A stretch of DNA of 64,000 bases from Bryobacterales bacterium (GCA_965237575.1 CBDEGI010000004.1:3541963-3605962); one strand, 5' to 3'; shown: positions 34,641-45,690, counted from the stretch's first letter. The notes: generated by a model not told the origin, from the sequence alone. Translations and numbers: made by a program.

Positions 34641-35480
34641 TCAGAAGTTGCCCGACTTGAGATAGGCCACGATGGCCTGCAACTCGTTCCGCGTATAGAA
34701 CTGATCGTAGTTCGCGGGCATAGAGGACTCCTTGCGCGTCGTCGTGCTCCGTACGCTATCGCGGTAGAACGTGCGGAGCGGCGGAGGGATCGCCTCGCTG
34801 TCGTAAACGCGAATCACCTCGTCGGTTTGCGACTGTTTGACCCCGGCGATGGTATCGCCCGCTTTCGAGGTCACGACGGTCTGTTCGAAGCCCTCGGCGA
34901 TCGACGCGCCGGGGTTCACGATGTCGTTCATCAACGCCTCGGCCGACTTGCCCGAGGCGCTTGAAAGATCCGGCCCTACCGCTGTCCCTTTACCGCCGAG
35001 GCGGTGGCAGATGGCGCAGCGCTTCTGGTTGTTGAGATCGAAGAACAAGTCGTGGCCGCGCTTGGCTTCGCCTGTCAACTCTGCGCGCCCGGCAGCAGCC
35101 GATCCCACCGTGATCGTGCCGGCCGAACCGGTCAGCCTGGTCGTTCCCAGGCTGATGATGTATCCGGTGACGGCCCAGAGGTCTTCGTCGGGCAGGATGT
35201 TGTTCCACGGCGGCATGGTCGTGCCTGGCACGCCGTCGCGAATCGAGGAGTAGAGCTTGCGCGGATCCCAGTCGCGGTTGCGCAGGTCGGGACCGCGGGC
35301 GGCGCGTCCTTCGGCGCCGTGGCAGTAGCCGGTGGCGCAGTTCTTGGCGAAGAGGTCGTTGCCCTTGGCGATGACCGACGCACTGGCCAGCTCGACGGTG
35401 CTTTGGGCATGCAGTGCGTCGGGAGCGCACAACGGCGCCAAAGCGAGGCACAGGCAGATGAACGAAACGTACTTTGCCAT
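34641..35480 (-). CDS. Dihaem c-type cytochrome (probable electron acceptor of the PQQ dehydrogenase)
   Basis: I prefer the ATG at 35480 (MAKYVSFICLCLALAPLCA), 5 nt after the dehydrogenase stop. There are two CxxCH motifs (CATGYCHG and CAICHRLG). Confidence 0.8.
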   Translation of the reverse strand: MAKYVSFICLCLALAPLCAPDALHAQSTVELASASVIAKGNDLFAKNCATGYCHGAEGRAARGPDLRNRDWDPRKLYSSIRDGVPGTTMPPWNNILPDEDLWAVTGYIISLGTTRLTGSAGTITVGSAAAGRAELTGEAKRGHDLFFDLNNQKRCAICHRLGGKGTAVGPDLSSASGKSAEALMNDIVNPGASIAEGFEQTVVTSKAGDTIAGVKQSQTDEVIRVYDSEAIPPPLRTFYRDSVRSTTTRKESSMPANYDQFYTRNELQAIVAYLKSGNF

Positions 35481-35485
35481 TCTTG

Positions 35486-37183
35486 CTACTCCGGTAAGGC
35501 GAACACGAACAGGGTCGCACCGCTGGGGAAGTCTTTCGCTTCGGGCCATAGCTGGGTCATCAAGCCGGCCAGCGCCGAGCCCCAGCCACTCGGGATAGCC
35601 ACGTACTGCTTGCCGTCGACTGCATACGTCATCGGAGAACTTCGGATCCCCGAGCCGGTACGGAACGACCACAGTTCCTTCCCGGTCTCGGCGTCGAGGG
35701 CAAAGGCGCGTCCGGTGGCGTCACCGGTAAAGAGCAGATTGCCGGCCGTGGCAAGCTGCGAGGCAAGCAGCGGGTACTTGTGCCGAATCTGCCAATGGCG
35801 CTCGCCCGTGATCGGGTCGTAGGCGGAGAGGTGTCCACCGGCCTCGCCCTTGTTCGGCGGCTCGAGCGTGAACTCGCCGCCGAAGTAGGTCATGCCCTCG
35901 CGGGGTTCTTCAGGACGCGAGATAACCGTCTGGCACCACTCGATGCCGGTCGAGTAAAACCAACCGGTCTTCGGGCTATAGGCCCCGTGGTTCCAACTGC
36001 GGCCGCCGCCGATCGACGGACACATCTTCATGTACTGACCGACGATCGGTTCCTTGCGTCCGATTAGGTTGCCCTCTTCGTCAATGCCCGTGATCCAGTC
36101 GATGTTCTCTGCCAGCGGCCAGGCCTTGATGAATTCGCCGTTCGTGCGGTCGAGGACCCAGGTGTAGCCGCCCTTGTTGGGGTTAACGATCAGCTTGCGC
36201 TTGCGCCCACGGTATTCGAGATCGACGAGGACGATTTCGTAGGCGCTGTCCCAGTCCCAGACGTCGTGGGGCACTTCCTGGTAGTGCCACTGGAGCTTGC
36301 CCGTGTCGGGATCGAGAGCGACGATCGAGTCGGTGTAGAGGTTATCGCCCTGGCGCGAATCGCCGTAGAAGTCCGCCGCTGGGTTGCCGACGCCCCAGTA
36401 AAGCAGGTCCAGTTCGGGGTCGTAGGAGCCGGGTATCCAGCTCGAACCGCCTCCAAACTTCCAGCTATCGCCTTGCCAGGTATCGTTGCCGGGTTCACCG
36501 GGAGCGGGGATTGTCCAGAAGCGCCAGGCGTGACGGCCGGTCTTGGCGTCGAAGGCGCTGATATAGCCGCGATGGGCGGAGTCGCCGCCGGTAACGCCGG
36601 TGATGATCTTGTCCTTGACGAGTAGCGGTGCGCTCGTGATATTGCAGCCGCACTGCTTGGCGTTCTCGATCTCGACTTGCCATACCTCGCGGCCTGTCTT
36701 CGCGTCGAGGGCCACCAGCTTATTGTCGAGCGTGCCCATGAAGACCAAGCCGTGTCCAACGGCCACGCCGCGGTTCCAGGTGCCGTAGAGCCCGGGGATT
36801 TCCTCGGTACGTGGGTGATAGTAGTGCCAAAGCTCCTCGCCGGTGACGGCATCGATCGCGAAGACGCGATTCCAGGCGCCGGTGATGTACATGACGCCGT
36901 CGACGACGAGAGGCGACGACTGCAAGCCGCCATCAATCTCGCCGGTCTGGAACGTCCATACAGGGACGAGCTTATCGACGTTGTAGCGATGGACCTGGTC
37001 GAGCGCGCTGTAGCGCCAGGCGTTGTAGTTGCCGTAGTAAGTGAGCCAGTTATGAGGCTCCTTGGCGGCTTGGTTCAAGCGTTCCGGCGTGACGTCGGCG
37101 CCGAAGGTGACAGCCCCCCCGCAGAGGAGCAGAAAGCTCACTCCGAGCTTCCAGAGGATATGGCGTCTTCCCTGATTCAACAT
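35486..37183 (-). CDS. PQQ-dependent dehydrogenase, methanol/ethanol family (8-bladed propeller)
   Basis: 565-aa ORF with a signal peptide; NWLTYYGNYNAWRYSALDQV, SSPLVVDGVMYITG, repeated W-motifs, and YTWVLDRTNGEFI. Confidence 0.9.
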   Translation of the reverse strand: MLNQGRRHILWKLGVSFLLLCGGAVTFGADVTPERLNQAAKEPHNWLTYYGNYNAWRYSALDQVHRYNVDKLVPVWTFQTGEIDGGLQSSPLVVDGVMYITGAWNRVFAIDAVTGEELWHYYHPRTEEIPGLYGTWNRGVAVGHGLVFMGTLDNKLVALDAKTGREVWQVEIENAKQCGCNITSAPLLVKDKIITGVTGGDSAHRGYISAFDAKTGRHAWRFWTIPAPGEPGNDTWQGDSWKFGGGSSWIPGSYDPELDLLYWGVGNPAADFYGDSRQGDNLYTDSIVALDPDTGKLQWHYQEVPHDVWDWDSAYEIVLVDLEYRGRKRKLIVNPNKGGYTWVLDRTNGEFIKAWPLAENIDWITGIDEEGNLIGRKEPIVGQYMKMCPSIGGGRSWNHGAYSPKTGWFYSTGIEWCQTVISRPEEPREGMTYFGGEFTLEPPNKGEAGGHLSAYDPITGERHWQIRHKYPLLASQLATAGNLLFTGDATGRAFALDAETGKELWSFRTGSGIRSSPMTYAVDGKQYVAIPSGWGSALAGLMTQLWPEAKDFPSGATLFVFALPE

Positions 37184-37284
37184 AGCGATGCCCGCCGAGG
37201 AAACCTATTGTACGCCGAACGGGCGGGTGAGTTGGGTAAGGGATTCCAGCGAACACAGGAGGGCCTCAAGGGTGTGGTACACCT

Positions 37285-38019
37285 GTGTTGCAGGTGACTC
37301 ATTGCATGAAGCCGCATCGTTGGTATCGCCTGCGCTCCAGCATCCCGGCCTTCGCCATCGTCGCGGCGTCGCTCTGCCTAGCTGGCTGTCCTTCTGTCCC
37401 CGAGACCAACTCTCCTCCTCAGGACAGCGAGACTGCGGCGCAGCCGCCCTCACGAATGGACCCCCAAAGGGGGGGCATCCTAAGGCCCGACGCGCGGCCG
37501 CCAATGCTGGACCAAAGGCGATTCGACGAGGCCGCGGCCGCCATACGCCGCCTGCCCATCGACTCGTTTCCTCAGTTGCCCGAGGCGGTGGCGGGCGTTC
37601 TGCGCGAGAAGGGCTGCCTCGTGCCTCAACCCGAGCCCGAAGGGCCCGGCGTGAACGTTATCTCGGGAGAGTTCTTCGCTGCGGGCCAGGCCGGCTGGGC
37701 CGTGCTATGTTCCACGAATGGACAGTCGGTGATCCTCGTCTTCCGCGACGAATCCGGCGCGAGCCCGGAAGAACTGGCGCCGGCCGACGACCGCGGGTTT
37801 CTCCAGGGCGTCGGCAACGGAGTTATCGCCTATTCGCGCCAAATCTCCACGGTCGATCGGCAATACATCGTCCGCCATTACCGCGCCTACGGCGGACCGA
37901 AACCTCCGCCCATCCGCAATATCCGCCACGCCGGAATCGACGATGCGTTTCTTGAGAAAGCATCCGTCGTTCACTACTGGTACGAGGACACATGGCTCCG
38001 CCTCACCGGCGCTGACTAA
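37285..38019 (+). CDS. Hypothetical lipoprotein
   Basis: The lipobox is AASLCLAGC. The start may be M8 at 37306. No family recognised. Confidence 0.55.
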   Translation: MLQVTHCMKPHRWYRLRSSIPAFAIVAASLCLAGCPSVPETNSPPQDSETAAQPPSRMDPQRGGILRPDARPPMLDQRRFDEAAAAIRRLPIDSFPQLPEAVAGVLREKGCLVPQPEPEGPGVNVISGEFFAAGQAGWAVLCSTNGQSVILVFRDESGASPEELAPADDRGFLQGVGNGVIAYSRQISTVDRQYIVRHYRAYGGPKPPPIRNIRHAGIDDAFLEKASVVHYWYEDTWLRLTGAD

Positions 38020-38117
38020 CGCCGTCGTGGCAAAGCAGGAGCGCTGATCACAGTCGGGGTTTGAGTAAGTCCGAAACACTCTTAACTGCGCCGTTTCCGT
38101 CAGAGACTCTGTTACTG

Positions 38118-39131
38118 CTACAGTTGCTTCTCGAAGAACTCGACCATCGCTTCGAACGCCTCCAGCGTGAACGAATGCCCACCGGGCGGCTGGTGGACCA
38201 CGAACGACGACGGACTCCCTGCCCGCGCGTACGCCGGCCTCACCTTGGCGACGAATTGATCAACTCCGGCTTTCGGCATGCCCACGTCTTCGGTCGGAGC
38301 CCACAGCATGAGCGGTTTCGGCGCGATCGCGGCGGCAAAGTCAGCCTGGTCGCCCTTATCGAGCATGCCGGGAATCCACCAGTACGTCCCGTGGTAGGAG
38401 ACGCGCGGGCTCTGCCGTCCGAAGACATCAACCGAGCCGACACCACCACACAGCGGCGCCGCGGCCGCCAGACGATCATCCAGCACCCATAGATAGAACG
38501 ACGTGATGCCACCGAACGACATGCCGGTGGCCGCGATGCGGCCGGGGTGGACGTCGGGCCGCTCGGCGAGATAGGTCACCGCCTGGCGGATCTCGTGCAG
38601 CACCGCTCCCATGGCGGTACGGTTGCGGGTGAGTAGCACGTTCGCCTGCGCGTTGATCGGCGGGCTGCGGCGGTCGAGTCCCCGCTGAGTCATCGCGAGG
38701 GCCAGATAGCCTCGTCGTGCCAACTCACGCGCCCACCCCAACATGCGCGTGTGCGGCTCGTCGCGGCCGGGACGTGTCCATTCACCCGGCCCGAACTGCT
38801 TCGTCATCATCGCGTCCCGGTTGCCGCTGCTGCCGTGCAGGCAGATTACGGCGGGAAGCCGGCCATCGGCATCTGCCGGCCGAACGACGAAGGCCGGCAC
38901 CGTCTCGCCGTCCAACGACGACCACGAGACGTCCTCGATGCGCAGGTTCTCTTCTTCGCGCTTCCCGTGAACCCGGACATCAACTTCAGGGGGGTCCGGC
39001 GACAGCTTGACCAGGTCCGCGAAGGTATTACGGGCGACCGAGGCGAATGGGTCACTCCGGGCCCCGGCATCACTCTGGGCCCAAGCACTCGAGGCGTGTA
39101 CAACGAGCAGAAGGACAGCGTAACGAAGCAT
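38118..39131 (-). CDS. Secreted alpha/beta hydrolase (dienelactone hydrolase/acetyl-xylan-esterase-like)
   Basis: Signal peptide, ICLHGSSGNRD, and nucleophile elbow ATGMSFGG. Confidence 0.8.
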   Translation of the reverse strand: MLRYAVLLLVVHASSAWAQSDAGARSDPFASVARNTFADLVKLSPDPPEVDVRVHGKREEENLRIEDVSWSSLDGETVPAFVVRPADADGRLPAVICLHGSSGNRDAMMTKQFGPGEWTRPGRDEPHTRMLGWARELARRGYLALAMTQRGLDRRSPPINAQANVLLTRNRTAMGAVLHEIRQAVTYLAERPDVHPGRIAATGMSFGGITSFYLWVLDDRLAAAAPLCGGVGSVDVFGRQSPRVSYHGTYWWIPGMLDKGDQADFAAAIAPKPLMLWAPTEDVGMPKAGVDQFVAKVRPAYARAGSPSSFVVHQPPGGHSFTLEAFEAMVEFFEKQL

Positions 39132-39267
39132 GCCGCGATTCTACCCGATTCGCTTGCGTTCCTTGCCGGCTTGGGGGGCGACCCTGTGGCTAGCTCAGCG
39201 GGCCCAAATCCGTACGTAAGGATTCTGACGATCGCTTGAAGCTCTGGTCCGCCGCAACTGCACGCCG

Positions 39268-39306
39268 CAGCGCAACCGAGCCGCGGATGGGAATCCGCGG
39301 TTGCCT
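39268..39306 (+). repeat. REP-d hairpin element, copy 1
   Basis: cagcgcaaccgagCCGCGGATgggaATCCGCGGttgcctc; related to 62251..62286. Confidence 0.55.
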
Positions 39307-39359
39307 CTTGGCGCAAACAGACACGTCCAACCACAGGCCCGAGCCCGGAAGGGCGTCAC

Positions 39360-39388
39360 AATCCTAGCCCATGGATTCATCCATGGGT
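39360..39388 (-). repeat. Inverted partial copy of the 102-bp repeat (palindrome-containing core)
   Basis: aatcctagcccatggattcatccatgggt is the reverse complement of acccatggatgaatccatgggctaggatt (39445..39473). Confidence 0.8.
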
Positions 39389-39427
39389 GTCGGTCCGCAG
39401 CGCCCTCCGCCCGCCCCGAGGCTGTTC

Positions 39428-39529
39428 TGATGCAGCCGTTCGGAACCCATGGATGAATCCATGGGCTAGGATTGTTCGATCCTTGCAGGGTCGACGGATC
39501 GATACGCATAACCAACGAGTCCGCACACC
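39428..39529 (+). repeat. 102-bp direct repeat, copy 1
   Basis: Base-for-base identical to 39570..39671. It contains the 20-nt palindrome cccatggatgaatccatggg. Confidence 0.9.
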
Positions 39530-39569
39530 GCTCAACGACCCCGCGCAACAGCTGCCCGGCGAAACAAGC

Positions 39570-39671
39570 TGATGCAGCCGTTCGGAACCCATGGATGAAT
39601 CCATGGGCTAGGATTGTTCGATCCTTGCAGGGTCGACGGATCGATACGCATAACCAACGAGTCCGCACACC
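39570..39671 (+). repeat. 102-bp direct repeat, copy 2
   Basis: Identical to copy 1 and separated from it by a 40-bp spacer. Weaker similarity continues about 12 bp beyond the repeat. Confidence 0.9.
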
Positions 39672-39901
39672 CTCAACACCCGGCGGGTGAGCCAAGCGCA
39701 AACACATCCGCTCTCTTCCAGTTCCACCCGCCGAGTCATCAGGGCGTGACGACGCACCGTCCCACTGCCTTACGGACGGATCTGGGGCGGAAGCATCGTT
39801 CGCGACAACTAAATTTGGCTCACGGTGTTAGAATCTGTCTGCCAATCGGTCCACTCGAGACCGGCCCTGCCCGTCTCCCTGTCCGGGGAGGAGGAAGAGT
39901 C

Positions 39902-41224
39902 ATGTTAGCAGCCTACAATCGAAGACAATTTCTGAACCAGATCGCCGCGGTCGGCGCCAGCGCGCCGCTCGCTGTTGCCGCGGTCCCAGAACGCACCGCA
40001 AAACCGATGGACAAGGTCCGCATCGGATTCGTCGGTATCGGAGGACGAGGGCGCGGGGACCTTGGGAACCTCTTGAAGCTCGAGGGTGTCGAGATCCGCG
40101 CCGTATGCGACATCCTCGAGAGCAAGGTTGTGCGCGCCCAAAAGATGGTGACCGAAGCCGGTCAGCCGCAACCAGAGGGCTATTCCCGTGGTGACACCGA
40201 CTACAAGCGTCTCTGTGCCCGCAGTGACCTCGACCTCGTCTTCACCGCGACCCCCTGGCGCTGGCACACGCCGGTCTGTGTCGAGGCTATGAAGAACGGA
40301 AAGCACGCGGCCAGCGAAGTCCCCATCGCCGTGACACTCGAGGAGTGTTGGGAACTCGTCGAGACCTCCGAGCAGACCGGCCGCTACTGCGTGCAGATGG
40401 AAAACTGCAACTACGATCGTGTCGAACTCATGGTTCTCAACATGGTCCGACAGAATCTGCTCGGGGGCCTGGTACACGCCCGCTGCGGCTATCTGCACGA
40501 TCTGCGTGCCGGCAAGTTCAGCGACCGTGGCGGCCGGAAGCTCTGGCGGCTCCAACACGCTCTCCGGCGCAACGGCGACCTGTATCCCACGCACGGGCTC
40601 GGTCCGGTGGCGCAATGTCTGAACATCAACCGTGGCAACCAGTTCGACCACATGGTGGCGATGAGTTCGAAGTCACATAGCCTCCAGGAGTTCGTGGCCA
40701 CTGAGTTTGGTCCCGAAAGCCCCCAGGCAGAGCTTGATATCGTCCTGGGCGATGTTGTGACCTCAATGATCCGCACGCGCGCCGGGCAGACCGTGATGGT
40801 CACGCACGATACCAGCACACCCCGTCCCTACAGCCGGGACTATCTGATCCAAGGCACCAAGGGTCTCGTGCAAAAGTATCCGGATGCCAAGATCTACCTC
40901 GACGGCAAGAGCCCCAGGCACAAGTGGGAGGACCTCATCAACGATTATGCGGGCCAGTATGAGCACCCTCTATGGCGTGACTTGCAGGAGAAAGCCAAGG
41001 GCTCCGGCCACGGCGGCATGGACTTTGTCCAGGCCTATCGCCTCGTCTACTGCCTACGAAACGGACAGCCCCTCGATACCGACGTCTACGACGGGGCGGC
41101 CCTGTGTGCGGTGTCGGAGTTGAGCGAGCGCTCGATCGCCGATAACAGCAGGACCGTCGACTTTCCGGACTTTACCCGCGGCACCTGGATGGGGCGGAAG
41201 CCTCTAGGTGTTGTTACCGCATAG
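39902..41224 (+). CDS. Gfo/Idh/MocA-family oxidoreductase with Tat signal (GH109-like architecture)
   Basis: I prefer the ATG at 39902 behind RBS ggaggagg. NRRQFLNQIAAVGASAPLAVAA, then RIGFVGIGGRGRGD. The track start at 39614 reads through the repeat region. Confidence 0.9.
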   Translation: MLAAYNRRQFLNQIAAVGASAPLAVAAVPERTAKPMDKVRIGFVGIGGRGRGDLGNLLKLEGVEIRAVCDILESKVVRAQKMVTEAGQPQPEGYSRGDTDYKRLCARSDLDLVFTATPWRWHTPVCVEAMKNGKHAASEVPIAVTLEECWELVETSEQTGRYCVQMENCNYDRVELMVLNMVRQNLLGGLVHARCGYLHDLRAGKFSDRGGRKLWRLQHALRRNGDLYPTHGLGPVAQCLNINRGNQFDHMVAMSSKSHSLQEFVATEFGPESPQAELDIVLGDVVTSMIRTRAGQTVMVTHDTSTPRPYSRDYLIQGTKGLVQKYPDAKIYLDGKSPRHKWEDLINDYAGQYEHPLWRDLQEKAKGSGHGGMDFVQAYRLVYCLRNGQPLDTDVYDGAALCAVSELSERSIADNSRTVDFPDFTRGTWMGRKPLGVVTA

Positions 41225-41282
41225 CAGCTAAGGAAACCGGCCCCGCTGTGATCGCGGCCGACCTGGCCGCTTCTTCAGCAGC

Positions 41283-41546
41283 CTACGCGCGCGGCCCGGA
41301 AGCAGCCTTGGACGAGCGTACCGACGCGCCCATCTCACCGGCCCAGCAAAGAAACCGCCACAGCTCACGGCGATGCCGCCACGTGAACCGGTGGAAGTAG
41401 CGGGCATCGACACGGTCCGCCGGCCGGCCCTGGTAGGTTTCGATGCGCCACCGCAGATACGGACTGGCCCAGGGCCGCAGCCGATAGCCGCGCGTGGCCG
41501 TCCAAAGGAAGCGCGCGATGGCGCGGAGCTTCGCCGTCCGCTGCAT
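41283..41546 (-). CDS. Small Trp/Arg-rich hypothetical protein downstream of the vWA pair
   Basis: Internal ATG of track ORF 41283..41657: MQRTAKLRAIARFLWTATRGYRLRPWASPYLRWRIETYQGRP...FTWRHRRELWRFLCWAGEMG. Confidence 0.4.
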   Translation of the reverse strand: MQRTAKLRAIARFLWTATRGYRLRPWASPYLRWRIETYQGRPADRVDARYFHRFTWRHRRELWRFLCWAGEMGASVRSSKAASGPRA

Positions 41547-41592
41547 GGAAAGAGATGAAGACAGACCCAGCGCGGCGGATTCTCGCGCCGGA

Positions 41593-42603
41593 TTACTGGG
41601 TGAAATAGCCCGGCCGGTGCCGCGCCGTGTGCTTCTTGGCTTTGCCGGCAAGCACAACCTTCACGCGGTGAAAGCCCTGCCCCCCCGGATTGCTCGGCGA
41701 GTACGCGAGCGTGTACTGATTTCGGATGTCGTGCGCCACCCGCTGCGTGATCGCGCCCACCTCGTCGACATCTAGCGGGAAGAAGGCGGCACCGCCGGTG
41801 GCCTTGACGATGTGCCCTATCGCCCGGCTGGCTCGTTTGGCCGAGCGGCGGTCCTCTTCGCTCAGCAGCCCGATGGCATAGATGACCGTGCGCTCCTCGG
41901 AGGCCTGTAGGCGGCGCACCAGGACCTCGAGGTTCGACGGGCTGGCATTGTCTTCGCCGTCGCTGATCACGAGCAGCACCCGCTTGTCACGCTGGGCCTC
42001 TTCTTCCATGTAATCGAGCGACATGGTGATCGCCTCATAGAGGGCCGTGCCACCCCGCGAGTCGATCCGCTGCAGGCCGTCCTGCAGGCGCGGCAAGTCA
42101 GCCGTAAACGGGGCGTCGAGAAACGCTTCGTCATTGAAGTTGACGATGAAGACCTCGTCCTGAGGGTTCGACGCCTTGACGAACGACAAAGCCGCGGCGT
42201 TGACCTTGCGGCGCTTGTCAATCATGCTGCCGCTGTTATCGACCAGGATGCCGAGCGACACCGGCACGTCTTCGCGCCGGAACAGCGTGAGACGCTGGAG
42301 CACGTCGTCCTCGTAGACGCGGAACGATTCTTGCGCAAGGTCGGTGACGAGGTGGTTCTTCTTGTCTTGGACGGTCGTGTGCAACACCACCAGACGCGTA
42401 TCGGCGGTGAAGGTGATGCCTGTATCTGACTCCTTCCTAGCCGGCTTGGAGGCTGTCTGCGCGGATAGCAGCGAGAGACCCAGCACCAGCGCCGTGCTCA
42501 GGGTCATACTAAGGGCCGCCACGGCCCAGCCGCCGCTCCGCCTTCCATTTCTCATGTCGATTCCGTTGCCCATCGGCCGCCGCTTCTCGCCGTCCGCCGC
42601 CAA
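41593..42603 (-). CDS. vWA domain protein, acidobacterial VWFA-related type
   Basis: TM/signal, then FTADTRLVVLHTTVQDKKNH...LGILVDNSGSM (MIDAS DxSGS)...LLVISDGEDNAS...IYAIG. Paralogue of the next gene. Confidence 0.9.
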   Translation of the reverse strand: MAADGEKRRPMGNGIDMRNGRRSGGWAVAALSMTLSTALVLGLSLLSAQTASKPARKESDTGITFTADTRLVVLHTTVQDKKNHLVTDLAQESFRVYEDDVLQRLTLFRREDVPVSLGILVDNSGSMIDKRRKVNAAALSFVKASNPQDEVFIVNFNDEAFLDAPFTADLPRLQDGLQRIDSRGGTALYEAITMSLDYMEEEAQRDKRVLLVISDGEDNASPSNLEVLVRRLQASEERTVIYAIGLLSEEDRRSAKRASRAIGHIVKATGGAAFFPLDVDEVGAITQRVAHDIRNQYTLAYSPSNPGGQGFHRVKVVLAGKAKKHTARHRPGYFTQ

Positions 42604-42618
42604 AGTTCTAATCGGCGG

Positions 42619-43713
42619 CTACCGCGAGGGGGCGTAGTAGCCCAGTCGAAAGTACGGACGAAGCCGAGGCATGCCACGGATCTTCTTCATCTCGACTTTG
42701 ACCCGCCGCCACTTGCCGTCCTTCTCCTGATTGCTAGGGACGTAGCCCAAGACGTACTGGTTCCGAAGCTCGATTCCGATCTTGGCCGCGATGTCGGGAA
42801 GCTCGTTCAGGTTCTCGACGGGGAACTGCCGTCCGCCCGTTTGCTCGGCGATCTCAGAGAGAAGGTTCGGCCCGTTCAACTCCTCGGAGGTCCGTCCACG
42901 CGACGAGATGGGCTCGAATATCCCGATGGCGTAGATCTGGACGTCGGCCTCGCGAACCAAGCGCTTGATCTCGCGTTCGGTGTAGCGGCTGCTGTTGTCG
43001 CCACCGTCGGAGATCACGAGCAGGGCCTTTTTCGAGTTCGAGGCTTCTTTCATCTTGGTGATCGCGAGGTAGATGGCGTCGAGCAACGCCGTGCGGCCCT
43101 TAGATTGAGTGAAGGTGAGGCGGTTCTGGATCTGCTCGACCGAGCGGGTGAAACCGGACACCATCTCCGGCCGGTTGTTGAACTGCACCAGGAAAAACTC
43201 GTCCTCTGGATTCGACGACTTGAAGAACTGCGCCACCGCCTCGCGGGCCTTGCTCATCTTGTGGCCCATGCTCGAGCTGGCGTCGAACACGATGCCCAGA
43301 GATAACGGCGCATCCTCGGCGCCGAACTGCGTAATCTCCTGCACCACCTTGTCTTCCCTGACCGTGAAATGCTTTTTCTCGAGGCCCGTCACCAAGCGGT
43401 TCATAGGGTCGGTGACAGTCACATTGATCAAGGCCAGTTGAACGTCAACGGTGATGCGGCTGGCCCGATTTGACTCGAGAACAGGTTCGGGCGTGCGGTT
43501 CTTGAGGCCGACTTTTGCGTCGGCCGCTTGGGCAGGCAGGGCGGGAAACAAACACAGGATCCCGAGCGTAGTAGAGACTAGAACAACACTGCGAAAAGCA
43601 GATGCCGCCACGCTCGACCTCCCTCCCCTTGTCCGTTCAGCGTTGTGCCGGCCGGTATTGCGCCGCCGCCGCCCTTGCAGGCGACCTGATTTTATCATAG
43701 CGCCCGCGACCAT
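42619..43713 (-). CDS. vWA domain protein, acidobacterial VWFA-related type
   Basis: LGIVFDASSSM...LLVISDGGDNSSRYTE...IYAIG...NQYVLGY.P; same layout as 41593..42603. Confidence 0.9.
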   Translation of the reverse strand: MVAGAMIKSGRLQGRRRRNTGRHNAERTRGGRSSVAASAFRSVVLVSTTLGILCLFPALPAQAADAKVGLKNRTPEPVLESNRASRITVDVQLALINVTVTDPMNRLVTGLEKKHFTVREDKVVQEITQFGAEDAPLSLGIVFDASSSMGHKMSKAREAVAQFFKSSNPEDEFFLVQFNNRPEMVSGFTRSVEQIQNRLTFTQSKGRTALLDAIYLAITKMKEASNSKKALLVISDGGDNSSRYTEREIKRLVREADVQIYAIGIFEPISSRGRTSEELNGPNLLSEIAEQTGGRQFPVENLNELPDIAAKIGIELRNQYVLGYVPSNQEKDGKWRRVKVEMKKIRGMPRLRPYFRLGYYAPSR

Positions 43714-43867
43714 GCTAGAGTAGAGTGTTCACGGTGGCGGATGATCCGTCACCGCCCACCGATACCTTCCCCAAACGCATGGTTCGTTTTCGCCGCGACA
43801 AACCCACCGAAGCGCGAAACGGCCCCACTAGCCCCCGAAAACCGCTGTCTTCCGCTGCCGCCGGTAG

Positions 43868-45613
<1,746 letters not shown>

Positions 45614-45690
45614 CGCGAACGGCCGCGCCGTCCCGGCGGCGGCCGGGGGCGTGGAGTGGACGTTCGCCATGGCGCCGTCCTCCTGATCTC

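Noticed and set aside
35486-37183. Calling the PQQ dehydrogenase a lanthanide-dependent XoxF.
   Set aside because: I cannot place the diagnostic metal-ligand residue reliably by eye, so only the family-level call is made.
39470-39530. tRNA-like T-arm (aggatcgaacaatcct) inside the 102-bp repeat.
   Set aside because: No acceptor, D or anticodon arms can be drawn, and the loop length is wrong. It is treated as part of the repeat.
39428-39671. CRISPR array or DGR template/variable repeat pair.
   Set aside because: There are only two copies, the repeat is 102 bp (far too long for CRISPR) and the spacer is 40 bp. The copies are 100% identical, so there are no adenine-specific TR/VR mismatches. 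There is no cas gene or nearby intact RT.
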